NCBI GenBank assembly: GCA_900319345.1
Contig: ONNZ01000005.1
Location: forward strand, 18,581-82,580
Source: an uncultured Eubacteriales bacterium
GTDB taxonomy: Bacteria > Bacillota > Clostridia > Christensenellales > CAG-138
DNA length: 64,000 bases
Reading direction: 5' to 3'
Made by a program: the position numbers and the translations under genes. Under the pieces are notes generated by a model that was not told where the DNA came from, did no database searches, and saw only the letters and a list, made by a program, of their open reading frames with translations. The number at the start of each line of letters is the position of its first letter. Position 1 is the first letter of the stretch. Shown here in pieces: positions 45,492 through 55,554 of this stretch.

Positions 45492-47831
45492 ATGATCCTG
45501 TCCATCCTGTATCTGTTGTTTTACGCCACGGCCGGCGTCCTCATCGGCAGATACCTGTTTTCAACCGAATCCTTCCCCCGCCGCTTGTGGTTGGGACTGA
45601 CGCTGGGCCTGTTCGGCAGCATCTGGCTCCCCAGCCTGTTTTCCTTCGTCCTGGATTTCGGCACGTTGAGCCATATCCTGGGTGCCGTGCTCATGGCCGC
45701 GCTCACCGTCCTGTGCCTGCTGCAAAAGAAAAAAGCGCATGCAGCTAGAGCGTCTGACCTTCGCTCCCTCCTGCCCCTCCTGTGGCTTTTGCCGATCTTT
45801 CTTATTGGGGCCTACCTCTTCTCCACCCATATCCTCCAGCCCAAGTCGGACGGCTACTACGTGGGCCAGACCACCTACGGGGATCTGGCCATGCACCTGG
45901 GATTCATCTCCAGCCTGGCGGAGCAGGGTTTCTTCCCGCCGGAATACAGCATCTTCCCCGGCCACACCGTCAACTACCCCTTCCTTTGCGAGGTCCCCAG
46001 CGCCTCCCTGTTCCAGTTCGGATCCAGCCTCCGCTGGGCTTACCTGCTGCCCGCCCTGTACGCCTACGCCCTGGTGATCCTGAGCGTGTACTTCGCCTTC
46101 CAGGCCTGGCTCAAACGGTCGGATCGGGCCCGGTTCGCCACCTACCTTTTCTTCATCGGCGGCGGCTTCGGGTTCATCTACTTCTTCGATCGGCTAAACG
46201 GTGCCTCCACCGTAGGCGCCCTCATCGGGGAAAGCAGCTACGCCAACAACCTTTCCTACCTGCTCAACGACTTCTACGTGACCCCCACCAACCTGCCCCG
46301 GATCGGTCTCCGCTGGGTCAACCCCATCGTGGACATGCTGATCCCCCAGCGTGCCACCCTCTTTGGCTGGGTGTTCCTATTTCCCTGCCTATACCTTTTG
46401 ATCCGGTTCGCTTTTGAAAAGCGAAAGGATGCCTTGCCGCCCCTGATCCTCTTTGCCGGGGGGCTGCCCCTCATCCATACCCATTCCTTCCTGGCCCTGG
46501 GTATCGTCAGCGCTACCTACTGTGTGGAGGACCTGGTGCGTCATTTCGACAGGAAGCGGCTGGTGCAGTGGGGCTGCTACGGGTGCCTTGCGGTACTCCT
46601 GGCCGCGCCCCAGCTCTTTGGATTCGCCTTCCAGCAAGCGTCAGAAAGCGGCATGGTGCGGCTCCACTTCAACTGGGCCAACGAGGTGGATTCCTTCCTG
46701 TGGTTCTACGTGAAGAACCTTGGGTGGCTGTTCATCCTTCTGCCCTTCGAGTTGCTCCTGCTGTCCCGGCGGGATCGGCGGATCGCCCGAGGCTTCCTGG
46801 TCCTGTGGCTCGTCTCCGAGGTGGTGGTCTTCCAGCCCAACATCTACGACAACAACAAGCTCCTGTTCGCCTGGTTCTTCTGCCTGTGCGCTTTTACGGC
46901 CAAGCTGTTGAGCGTCCTCGATCATCGGCTGGCCCACCGATATAGAACCGCCCCCAAGGCGCGGGTCGCCGCCCTGTCCGCGCTGGGGATCGCCGCCGCC
47001 GGGCTGGGGCTGTTGCTGCTCCTGTCGGCCTTCATATCCCACCGCTACGACAGCACCGTGGACCTGCCTGCCTTCGGCGTGGTCACGGAGCTGTTCCTGC
47101 TGGCCTTTTTGATCTATCTTTCTGTGCAGATCATCAAAGCCCACGCCACCAGGGAGAGCGATGGCTGGGCCGCCCTGCTGCTCCTTCTTTCCTCCGCCGT
47201 CGCGGCGTACCTTTTGTATCGCCTGCTGGGGGACAGCAGCAGCCGCACCCTGCCCGTGTCCCTCTCCTTTGCGCTGCTGTTGAGCTTTGTGGGCCTCGGC
47301 ATGGCACTTTTGTTCGCGTCCCTGTATCTTTCCTCCCGGGATGCTGGCGGCAAAAACAGGGGCGTTTACGCCAGCCGTGCGCTGCTCGCCTTCCTGCTGG
47401 GCTTTTCCCTCTTTATCTCCGGGCCCATGACCATCCTGCGGGAATGGCGCAGCTCCTACATGATCTTCAACCGGGCGGACATCCAGGCGGCAGACTATAT
47501 CCGCGACAACACGGACGCCCACGGCGTCTTCCTGGCGGATTGCAACTGGCACCTGAACCCCGTGTCGGTGTTGACAGGGCGGAGCATCGTCTGCGGGCCG
47601 GACCTGTTCCTCTACTATCACGGCATCGACACCAGCGAGCGCAAGGCGGACATCTCCGCCATGTTCGAAGCCCCGGCGGATAACGGGGAGCTGTTCGAAA
47701 AGTACGGTGTTCGGTATGTATACATCGGATCGTCGGAGCGCTCCAGCTACGCCATCGACATGGATTACTTCCTGACCAGCGGCGCCCTCCTCTACGATCA
47801 GGACGGCATCCAGGTGATCGAACTCAAATGA
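45492..47831 (+). CDS. Large polytopic membrane protein, probable GT-C glycosyltransferase
   Basis: Many TM helices; YGDLAMH, NYPFL, WVNP, PQRAT, DNNK; soluble C-terminal domain (LTGRSIV, KYGVRYVYIG). Confidence 0.65.
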   Translation: MILSILYLLFYATAGVLIGRYLFSTESFPRRLWLGLTLGLFGSIWLPSLFSFVLDFGTLSHILGAVLMAALTVLCLLQKKKAHAARASDLRSLLPLLWLLPIFLIGAYLFSTHILQPKSDGYYVGQTTYGDLAMHLGFISSLAEQGFFPPEYSIFPGHTVNYPFLCEVPSASLFQFGSSLRWAYLLPALYAYALVILSVYFAFQAWLKRSDRARFATYLFFIGGGFGFIYFFDRLNGASTVGALIGESSYANNLSYLLNDFYVTPTNLPRIGLRWVNPIVDMLIPQRATLFGWVFLFPCLYLLIRFAFEKRKDALPPLILFAGGLPLIHTHSFLALGIVSATYCVEDLVRHFDRKRLVQWGCYGCLAVLLAAPQLFGFAFQQASESGMVRLHFNWANEVDSFLWFYVKNLGWLFILLPFELLLLSRRDRRIARGFLVLWLVSEVVVFQPNIYDNNKLLFAWFFCLCAFTAKLLSVLDHRLAHRYRTAPKARVAALSALGIAAAGLGLLLLLSAFISHRYDSTVDLPAFGVVTELFLLAFLIYLSVQIIKAHATRESDGWAALLLLLSSAVAAYLLYRLLGDSSSRTLPVSLSFALLLSFVGLGMALLFASLYLSSRDAGGKNRGVYASRALLAFLLGFSLFISGPMTILREWRSSYMIFNRADIQAADYIRDNTDAHGVFLADCNWHLNPVSVLTGRSIVCGPDLFLYYHGIDTSERKADISAMFEAPADNGELFEKYGVRYVYIGSSERSSYAIDMDYFLTSGALLYDQDGIQVIELK

Positions 47832-49195
47832 AAACAGGCAAGTGGATCATCCTCATATCGCTGCTGTTGTTGCTGCTGGCGGGGGCGGTGCTGCTGGACC
47901 CCCTGTTTCGTTTTACCATGGACCTGCATCGGGAACAGTTTACGGACGCGGGCGCCGTCTATGACGCGCGCCTTGCTGCCTCAGAAACGCGTAGCCGGGA
48001 GTCAGCGGCCCAATTGAAAGCGTACGTGGAGGATCAGCTTAAACGGTATTACGCAAAGGATATCAGCTTTGATCGTATCATGGGCATCCTTTCCGCCCTG
48101 TCTAAAACCGGCCTGCCCCAGCAGGATGTGTCCCGCTGCCGCCATGATGCGGAGGAAATGGAGCAGGCCCGGACAGACCTTGCCAAGGCCGATGCTCTCT
48201 ATCAAGAAGGTAATTTTGGGGAAGCCATCCCCCTCTACCACCGGTCTCTGATCGCCGACGAGGGCGCTTCGTTCCGGCTGATGCAGGCGGAAGCCCTCTA
48301 TAAAAACACGACCCTGGACCAGGCGGAGGCCGCCATGGCGGAGGGTCGATATGAGGACGCTGAGAATACGCTTGCAGCGTGTCTCAAGGTGTTCGGGCAG
48401 GACGACGATCTTGCCGCTGCCTTAGAGGACGTGAGCAAGCTGAAAGCCGGACAGATCTATCACAACCGAACGGAGGAAGCTCGGCGGCTCCTTCAGACGG
48501 ACGGCCCGGAAAAGGCCTTCGCCTATGTGGCGGACCTGCTAAAGCAATCGCCCGATTCCTATGAACTGGAATATCTCGATCAGCTGATCCGCCATGAATA
48601 CGAAGCGGATATCTTATCCCGCGCTCAGTCGATGCGGGAAGCGGAGAACCTGGACGGTGCCTGCGCCCTGCTGGGGGAAGCGCTCCTGTGGATCGATTCC
48701 GAGCAGGTAAAGGCTTTGCGTGCCGAGATAAGGACCGCCATGATCTTCTATCTGGTGGACCGCCCCATCCTGCGGGACGAGACGGCCAGCCCCCGGACCG
48801 GCGCCATAAGTACCGTGGTCCGGGATCAAGTCCTGTCGGACGTTCAGGCAAACGAATACGCCCACAGCCTCTGGGCGGACGCGGGGTCCGTCACCTTCGC
48901 CCTGGACGAGGATTTCACCACCTTCGCCGGGACGGTGGCCTTCCCTCAGGGGGAGAAGGCGGACCTGTACCGTGCCTCGGCCACCCTGCAGGTTTTCGGC
49001 GATGGAATACTATTAGCTGAATTCAAGGATATGGACGACGCCTCCGCGCCCCTTCACTTTACCCTTCCCGTTTCGGGCGTCAAGGAGCTGACCCTAATTT
49101 GGACCAGCAAAGGGGCCGACGGCTGGAAGGATTGGGGCCGGTTCGCCGCCGTCTTCGACGGGCGGTTCCTGATAACGGCTCCCGGTCAGCCATAA
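47828..49195 (+). CDS. Membrane-anchored helical-repeat protein with NPCBM/NEW2-like C-terminal domain
   Basis: N-terminal TM, TPR-like helices, then FTTFAGTV, LQVFGDG, LPVSGVKELTL; ATGA overlap with upstream gene. Confidence 0.65.
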   Translation: MKTGKWIILISLLLLLLAGAVLLDPLFRFTMDLHREQFTDAGAVYDARLAASETRSRESAAQLKAYVEDQLKRYYAKDISFDRIMGILSALSKTGLPQQDVSRCRHDAEEMEQARTDLAKADALYQEGNFGEAIPLYHRSLIADEGASFRLMQAEALYKNTTLDQAEAAMAEGRYEDAENTLAACLKVFGQDDDLAAALEDVSKLKAGQIYHNRTEEARRLLQTDGPEKAFAYVADLLKQSPDSYELEYLDQLIRHEYEADILSRAQSMREAENLDGACALLGEALLWIDSEQVKALRAEIRTAMIFYLVDRPILRDETASPRTGAISTVVRDQVLSDVQANEYAHSLWADAGSVTFALDEDFTTFAGTVAFPQGEKADLYRASATLQVFGDGILLAEFKDMDDASAPLHFTLPVSGVKELTLIWTSKGADGWKDWGRFAAVFDGRFLITAPGQP

Positions 49196-49197
49196 AG

Positions 49198-49914
49198 TTA
49201 TAGCAATTCCCGTAAGCTGCGTATCTCCCGGCACGACTTCGGCAGGGACGCCGGTCGATCCGGGGATATGCCCGTATGGATGTACCGGCTCTCCATGCCC
49301 ACTGCCGCGGCGCCCTGGATATCCGCCGTCCCGTCGTTTCCGATCATCAAGCACGTTTCCGGACGAAGCCCATACTGTATCAGCAGCTGCTGAAAGATGG
49401 CTTGGTCCGGTTTTTTGACGCCCACGTCGGAGGATAGGACGATGCCGTCGAAAAGCGGGGTCAGGCCCAGCTTGTTCAGCTCCGGCACTGTGAAGGTTGC
49501 CTGGGCGTTGGACAGCAGATACACGCCTTTCCCCCGGGCTCGCAGGGTGCGCAGCACTTCTGCCGCCTGAGGGTACAGCCGTATGTGACGAAGGGACAAG
49601 GTGCGAAAGAGCAGGGCGGCATCCTCCGCCCTGTCCTGGCTGACCGTAACGCCTTTGCGGGCGTACAGGCTTTCGAAGACCCGCAGGATATCGGGCTCGA
49701 TATGCTCCTTGGGCACGCCTATCCGCCGGGCCGCGCATCGGTCGATCTCCCCCGCCACAGCCTCCTGATACGCCCGGCACAGCGCCTTTGGGCCATAGGC
49801 CGCCCCCTGCAGGGACAGCAACAGGGCCATGCGCCGCCACAGGGAGGGCATGGATTCGTCGGTGCGGATATCCACCAGCGTTCCGTAGAGGTCAAAGATA
49901 TAGTTCTGATACAT
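49198..49914 (-). CDS. HAD family hydrolase
   Basis: FDLYGTLVD, LSNA, KKPD, MIGND; SD GGAGGT. Confidence 0.92.
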   Translation of the reverse strand: MYQNYIFDLYGTLVDIRTDESMPSLWRRMALLLSLQGAAYGPKALCRAYQEAVAGEIDRCAARRIGVPKEHIEPDILRVFESLYARKGVTVSQDRAEDAALLFRTLSLRHIRLYPQAAEVLRTLRARGKGVYLLSNAQATFTVPELNKLGLTPLFDGIVLSSDVGVKKPDQAIFQQLLIQYGLRPETCLMIGNDGTADIQGAAAVGMESRYIHTGISPDRPASLPKSCREIRSLRELL

Positions 49915-51950
49915 GATACCTCCCGGGGCTGCCTGCCGTCGGTCCTTTCCTGCTCTGTCGGCTGGTCCGCCGCGGCAGGCTCCGCCGCCTGTCCCTCATG
50001 GACCGGGGCGAAGGGCATGGTATCGTCCGAGGACATCATGACGGGCCGCGTATGGGTCTTGTGGATGGGCACCGCGGTGATCTCCCCCGTCCGGCGGGCC
50101 GGTTTGGCCCCCGTGGTCTGGGCGGGCGCCAGGGTCCTGGCGGCCGTGTTGGAAACGATCGTCACGGAAGAAACAGCTTTAGCGGATTCCTCCTCCTGGC
50201 CCACGGCGGGCATCCGATCCGTCCGGTCCATATACCGTAGCTTGGCGGGCTGCAGATATCCGAACTGGTCGTGGACCGCGTCGCCCCCCGCTTTGACGGG
50301 TATGGGGCCCGTAGGCGTCTTGCGCAGGCCGAAGGGACGGATGGCGGATTCCTTGGGCAGCCAGCGCCGCAGGTTCAGCTCCGCAACCCGGAAGATGACC
50401 GAAAGGAGCAGGAACACCAGCAGCAGCGCCAGCACGATCAGGGCCACCATGCGGAAAATCTTTGCATACAGCTCCGTATCATAGATGGTGCCCGTCACGT
50501 CCACCCGCTCTCCCGGTCGGATGGGCGGCAGGTTGGTGGGCTTGGGCGCCGTCAAGGGGGAAAGGTCCAAGGTCATGGGGATAGAGGCGTACTGGTTCTG
50601 GGCCGGGTCCATGGCGGTCAGCACGAAGGTCAGCGACCGGGTGCCCGCCGGGACCACGAACTCCTTTTCAAAGGTGGTGGCGCCGGTGGACAAGAAGTCG
50701 TATTCGTTGACCACGCCTTTGAAATAGTCGCCCTCGGTGACCACGGCGTTCCGGATGGGGACCTTGGAATCGTTTCGTATCTCGAATAGTACGTTCAACT
50801 TGTTGGAACCGTCGTCATTTTGGGTGGAATTTTCCAAGGTGACAGACAGCTTCAACCGCACCTGATCGGAGTCCACGAAGGGAAGCACCTCATAGGCGGA
50901 GGGGCTTTTGACGGTGATGGTCCCGCCCACACAGTCTACGCCGGTGGCCTCAAAGGAGATGTATCGGACGGACCCCGAGGAAACGGCCGAAGGCACCGTG
51001 CAGGAGACGGTCTTCTCCTCCTTTGCGTCCAGGGTTATCCCATCTTCTATCAGGGTGCCTATCTCGTCCGTCAGGCGGATATCGGTCATGAGGTGCGTGC
51101 CCTCGTTGATGAGCGTGATCCGAAACAGGGTGCCCTCTGCGGTGGCGGGATACTTCTCCACCACCATGGAAAGCTCCACATGCACGAATTCCACGGTCAC
51201 GGACTGAGGGACCGAAGTTTTGGATTCGACGCCCCTCACCGTATACTGGGCCGTGGGATTCAATTCCAGCGTGCTGCTCCCCATGGAAACGGTGGCCTTG
51301 GCCTCCATCTTTTCCCCGGCGTTCAGCGTATTCTTCGGCAGCGTCACGTTGGGCAGATTGACGCCCATATCTTGCAGCGTCAGATTGGTCATGTCGAACT
51401 TCGTGTCGTTGCTCAGAGTATAGGTGACCGTGACGGGGTCCCCTTCCCTGGCCAGCAGCACATCCGGTTCCACGCTGATGCCCATCACTGGCTCAATGAA
51501 CCGTTCGATGCGGATGGGTACGGACAGCATGTGAGCCGTGCTGATGGGATCCTCATGGGCTTCGTCCTCCGGTGCGAAGGTGACAGTCTGCCATGTCAGC
51601 TGGAAGGACAGATCCCGGTCGAATTCGTCCTCTTCGATGCGCACCTTTTCCAGAGTGAATTCCAAAACGTCTTTGGCCTGAATAGTGAGGGATTCAGAGA
51701 TAAGCTTAGGCTCCTCCAGGAGATCTCCCTGAAGGGTCAGATCATCGAGAACGTAATCCTCCTCCAGGGTGTTTTTCAGGGTGAACCGGAAGAAGGTCAT
51801 GTCCCCGGCCTCGCTGAGCAGGCAGTCCGGGTCCGATTCCACGGTCAACGTCAGGGGCTCCTCGTTCTCCGCCCACACCGGAAAGGCCGTCAACAGCAGG
51901 ACGACCGCCAGCAACAGGATATGGAATTGGAACCCTCTACCCTTCCTCAT
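49719..51950 (-). CDS. Surface protein with tandem Ig-like (DUF11-like) domains, TM helix and cytoplasmic tail
   Basis: Signal peptide; repeated TYTLSN/FRITLIN-type motifs; TM near aa 510-530; 3' end overlaps the HAD gene by 196 bp. Confidence 0.7.
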   Translation of the reverse strand: MRKGRGFQFHILLLAVVLLLTAFPVWAENEEPLTLTVESDPDCLLSEAGDMTFFRFTLKNTLEEDYVLDDLTLQGDLLEEPKLISESLTIQAKDVLEFTLEKVRIEEDEFDRDLSFQLTWQTVTFAPEDEAHEDPISTAHMLSVPIRIERFIEPVMGISVEPDVLLAREGDPVTVTYTLSNDTKFDMTNLTLQDMGVNLPNVTLPKNTLNAGEKMEAKATVSMGSSTLELNPTAQYTVRGVESKTSVPQSVTVEFVHVELSMVVEKYPATAEGTLFRITLINEGTHLMTDIRLTDEIGTLIEDGITLDAKEEKTVSCTVPSAVSSGSVRYISFEATGVDCVGGTITVKSPSAYEVLPFVDSDQVRLKLSVTLENSTQNDDGSNKLNVLFEIRNDSKVPIRNAVVTEGDYFKGVVNEYDFLSTGATTFEKEFVVPAGTRSLTFVLTAMDPAQNQYASIPMTLDLSPLTAPKPTNLPPIRPGERVDVTGTIYDTELYAKIFRMVALIVLALLLVFLLLSVIFRVAELNLRRWLPKESAIRPFGLRKTPTGPIPVKAGGDAVHDQFGYLQPAKLRYMDRTDRMPAVGQEEESAKAVSSVTIVSNTAARTLAPAQTTGAKPARRTGEITAVPIHKTHTRPVMMSSDDTMPFAPVHEGQAAEPAAADQPTEQERTDGRQPREVSCIRTISLTSTERWWISAPTNPCPPCGGAWPCCCPCRGRPMAQRRCAGRIRRLWRGRSTDARPGG

Positions 51951-52584
51951 GATCCTCCAAAGGTCGATACTCCCGGCCGATCACCTGTCCCGTCAGGGAA
52001 CCGGCGCTCTGGTCGTAAACAGCATCCATAAATGTTTTCGTCTTCTCCGCCTCGACGGCGGCGATGCAGCTGACCTTCTCCCCGTACTCCGGTCCCAGCG
52101 ACGCGCCCTGTTTGCGAGCCTCTTGCTGGAACATGGCCCACTGATGGTAGGGAACTTGAAACGCCACAAGATCGCAGGGCGTCATGCGCACAATCCCCGC
52201 CGCCCGGATGGCCTCCGAACAGCTCCGGGAATAGGCCCGCACCAGGCCCCCGGTGCCCAGGAGGATGCCGCCGAAATAACGGGTCACCACGCACAGAACG
52301 TCGGTCACCCCCGCCCCCCGAAGGGCGTCCATCATGGGCATGCCCGCCGTGCCGCCCGGCTCCCCGTCGTCGGAGAAGCGGGCGATCTCCCCTTTCTTGC
52401 CCACCGAGTAGGCGTAGCAGTTGTGGGTGGCGTCCCAATACTGCTTTCGGAGGGCCGCCAGCTTTTCCAAGGCTTCGCTCTCCGTGGAGATGGGAAAGCA
52501 CTGGCCGATGAACCGGGACTTGTTGATCACCAGCTCCACGCTGGCGGGCCCCTTCACGGTGCGATAGGATGTTCCCTGATCCAT
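51937..52584 (-). CDS. YigZ/IMPACT family protein
   Basis: KSRFIG, ATHNCYAY, DDGEPGGTAG, VTRYFGGILLGTGGLVRAY. Confidence 0.93.
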   Translation of the reverse strand: MDQGTSYRTVKGPASVELVINKSRFIGQCFPISTESEALEKLAALRKQYWDATHNCYAYSVGKKGEIARFSDDGEPGGTAGMPMMDALRGAGVTDVLCVVTRYFGGILLGTGGLVRAYSRSCSEAIRAAGIVRMTPCDLVAFQVPYHQWAMFQQEARKQGASLGPEYGEKVSCIAAVEAEKTKTFMDAVYDQSAGSLTGQVIGREYRPLEDHEEG

Positions 52585-52668
52585 GGGCTTTCCCGTTTCG
52601 ACTCCTTCCCCATATTTGATGTCATAGTAGCAAATCTGCCGCCTAAAAGCAAGTTTAGGCCCGATTTG

Positions 52669-53511
52669 TTACAAATTGTCCACGGCTTCGCCCCGCAGGA
52701 GCCCGATCTCCCGGGCGTAGCCGCTTAGGTCCTCCTGGGGCGTCTCCAGGATCATGGGTAGCTGGGTCAGGACCGGATGGTTCACCATCGCCAGCAGGGC
52801 GTCGAGGCCGATGCACCCCTTGCCGATGGGGGCATGCCGGTCCTTGCGGCTCCCCAGGGGGAACAGGGAATCGTTGACGTGGAGGGCTTTGAGCCGATCG
52901 AGGCCGATATACCGTTCGAACTGCTCCAGCACTCCATCTAGATCGTGGACGATGTCGTAACCCGCGGCGAACACGTGGCAGGTGTCCAAGCATACCCCCA
53001 TCTTTTCCTGCAGCTCCACCCGGCTAAGGATGTCCCCCACCTCCTCGAAGGTGCCGCCGATCTCGCTCCCCTGCCCCGCCATGGTCTCGATGAGGACGGT
53101 GGCGGCCGTGTCAGGCGTCAGCAGGGTGTTGAGGAGGGCCGCCGTCTTCTCGATGCCCGCCTCGCTCCCCTGGCCCACGTGGCTGCCGGGATGGAAGTTG
53201 TAGAGGTTGCCGGGGAACGATGCCATGCGGACGAGATCGTCAGCCATGACCATGGCGGCAAACTCCTGGACCCGGGGATCGGCGGCACAGGGATTCAGGG
53301 TATAGGGGGCGTGGGCCACGATAGGCAGCATATCCTTCCCCCGCAGCAGCGCCATAAGGGCCGCGGCGTCGGCTTCGTCCAGAGCCTTTGCTTTGCTGCC
53401 CCGGGGGTTGCGAAGAAAGAACTGGAAGGTGTTGGCCCGGATGCTCAACGCGTCCTGGCCCATGCGCAGCAGCCCCTTGGAAGGGGAAAGATGGCAGCCG
53501 ATCCGTATCAT
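52669..53511 (-). CDS. nfo: Endonuclease IV
   Basis: HAPYTLN, FHPGSH, ETMAGQG, CLDTCH, HVNDS, DRH, ILETP. Confidence 0.94.
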   Translation of the reverse strand: MIRIGCHLSPSKGLLRMGQDALSIRANTFQFFLRNPRGSKAKALDEADAAALMALLRGKDMLPIVAHAPYTLNPCAADPRVQEFAAMVMADDLVRMASFPGNLYNFHPGSHVGQGSEAGIEKTAALLNTLLTPDTAATVLIETMAGQGSEIGGTFEEVGDILSRVELQEKMGVCLDTCHVFAAGYDIVHDLDGVLEQFERYIGLDRLKALHVNDSLFPLGSRKDRHAPIGKGCIGLDALLAMVNHPVLTQLPMILETPQEDLSGYAREIGLLRGEAVDNL

Positions 53512-53566
53512 TGGTTTCTCCTTCTAAAAAGGGCCGCTGCCCTAGAGGCGGCGACCCGTACCCGTT

Positions 53567-55528
53567 TTATTTCTGCAGCTCCGGCAGCAGAGCCTCGAAG
53601 TAGTCCAAGGACTCCGGGTTGCCCAGGGCCTCCCGGTTGGTGATCCTCCGTCCGTTCACCAGGTTGGTCACGGCGGACTCCACCTTCTTCCCGTTGAAGG
53701 TCTTAGGGAGGTCCGGCACGGCGTAGATCAGGGCCGGCACGTGCCGGGGGGACGCCTTGGTGCGCAGGTCCTTCTTGATCCGCTTCTTCAGCTCCTCGGT
53801 GAGCTCCGCCCCGGGGGCAAGCTGTACGAAAAGGAGGATCCGCTGATCGTCGTGGTACATCTGACCGATGGCCAGGCTGTCCTGGACTTCCGGAAGCTTC
53901 TCCACGATGTTGTAGATCTCCGCGGTGCCGATGCGCACGCCGGAGGGCTTCAGCACGGAGTCGGACCGACCGAAGTAGGTGACGCCGCCGGTCTCGCTGT
54001 TGAACTGAACGTAGTCTCCATGGTGCCAGATGCCGGGGTACACCCGGAAGTAGGCGTTCATGTACCGCTCGCCGTCGGGATCGTTGGCGAACCATATGGG
54101 CATGCTGGGCTCCGGAATCTCGCAGACCAGCTCACCCTGGGTGTCCCGGATGGGCTTGCCGTTCTCGTCATAGCACTCGATCTTCATGCCCAGGCCCGGG
54201 GCCTGCAGCTCGCCTACGTACACGGGGCTCAGCAGATTCCCGATGCAGAAGCAGCCGTTGATGTCCGTGCCGCCGGCGATGGAGTTGAAGTGCAGGTCCT
54301 GCTTGATCTCCCGATATACGAACCGGAACCCCTCCTCGCTGAGGGCGGAGCCGGTCTGGGAGATCATGCGAAGCTTCCGTAGGTCCGCATGCTCCCTGGG
54401 GTTGAAGCCCGCCGCCATCAGGGCGTGGATATAGCTGGCGGAGAGGCCGAAGACGGTGACCCCCTCCTCCTCCAGCACCTTCCAGATGGCGTCGAGATCG
54501 GGATAGGACGGGTTGCCGTCGTAGAGGACGATGGAGCTGCCTGCCCCCAGGGTGGCCGCCTGCCAGTTCCACATCATCCAGCTGCAGGTGGTGATGTACA
54601 GCATCCTGTCGGAGGGCTTCATGTCGTGGTGGAGCACCAGCTCCTTCAGCTGGTTGATGAGAAGCCCGCCCACGGACTGGACCATGCACTTGGGCTTGCC
54701 CGTGGTGCCGGAGGAGAACATGACCACGGTGGGATCATTGAACTCCCGCTGCTCGTAGACGAAGGGCTCCGGCACGGCCTTGGCGAGGAAATCCTCATAG
54801 AGCACGGCGTTGGGAACATTGGCGACGTCCACCGTATTTCCCGCGTAGTGGACCACCACCACCTTTTTGAGCCCCTCCATGCGGGCCGCCACCTGGGCGG
54901 CGTTGGGCAGGGTGTCGAACTCCTTGCCCTTGTAGTAGTAGCCGTCCGTGGTGAACAATACCTTGGGCGACACCTGCCCCAGCCGGTCGAAGGCGGCGCC
55001 GGGGCCGATATCCGTGGCACAGGAGCACCAGACTCCGCCTACAGCCGCGGTGGCCAGCATGGCGATGATGGTCTCGGGCAGGTTCGGAAGATAGGCGGAC
55101 ACCGCGTCCCCGGCCCCCACGCCCAGCTCCCGTAGGGCCGTAGCCAGGCGGAAGGTCTGTTCCTTCACTTCCTTCCAGGTGAGCACCCGGCGGACCTTGT
55201 CCTCGCCCCGAAAGATCAGGCACGCTTCGTCGTTCGCCTCGTGCCGGAGCAGGTTCTCCGCATAGTTCAGTCGGCAGCCGGGGAACCACTTGGCTCCGGG
55301 GAATCTGTGGATGTCGTCCACGGTCCTCTCGTAGCCCACGGAATGGACGATGTCCAGATACCGGAACAGGATGTCCCAGAAGGCCTCCGGCTCGTCCACG
55401 GAGAAGCGATAGAGCTCCCTGTAGTTCCGATAGTTCCGGCCCTTCTCCCGGTTCACCAGCTCCATGAAGGCGTACATATTGGACGCCTTCTGCACCTCTT
55501 CACTGGGGGTCCACAACAGCTCGCGCAT
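53567..55528 (-). CDS. Acetoacetate--CoA ligase
   Basis: LWTPS, WFPGCRLNYAENLL, FSSGTTGKPKC, WMMWNW, GRSDSVLKPSGVRIGTAEIY, SPRHVP; ATG 55528 after AAGGAG. Confidence 0.9.
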   Translation of the reverse strand: MRELLWTPSEEVQKASNMYAFMELVNREKGRNYRNYRELYRFSVDEPEAFWDILFRYLDIVHSVGYERTVDDIHRFPGAKWFPGCRLNYAENLLRHEANDEACLIFRGEDKVRRVLTWKEVKEQTFRLATALRELGVGAGDAVSAYLPNLPETIIAMLATAAVGGVWCSCATDIGPGAAFDRLGQVSPKVLFTTDGYYYKGKEFDTLPNAAQVAARMEGLKKVVVVHYAGNTVDVANVPNAVLYEDFLAKAVPEPFVYEQREFNDPTVVMFSSGTTGKPKCMVQSVGGLLINQLKELVLHHDMKPSDRMLYITTCSWMMWNWQAATLGAGSSIVLYDGNPSYPDLDAIWKVLEEEGVTVFGLSASYIHALMAAGFNPREHADLRKLRMISQTGSALSEEGFRFVYREIKQDLHFNSIAGGTDINGCFCIGNLLSPVYVGELQAPGLGMKIECYDENGKPIRDTQGELVCEIPEPSMPIWFANDPDGERYMNAYFRVYPGIWHHGDYVQFNSETGGVTYFGRSDSVLKPSGVRIGTAEIYNIVEKLPEVQDSLAIGQMYHDDQRILLFVQLAPGAELTEELKKRIKKDLRTKASPRHVPALIYAVPDLPKTFNGKKVESAVTNLVNGRRITNREALGNPESLDYFEALLPELQK

Positions 55529-55554
55529 AGGTCTCTCCTTCATACAATGATTTG

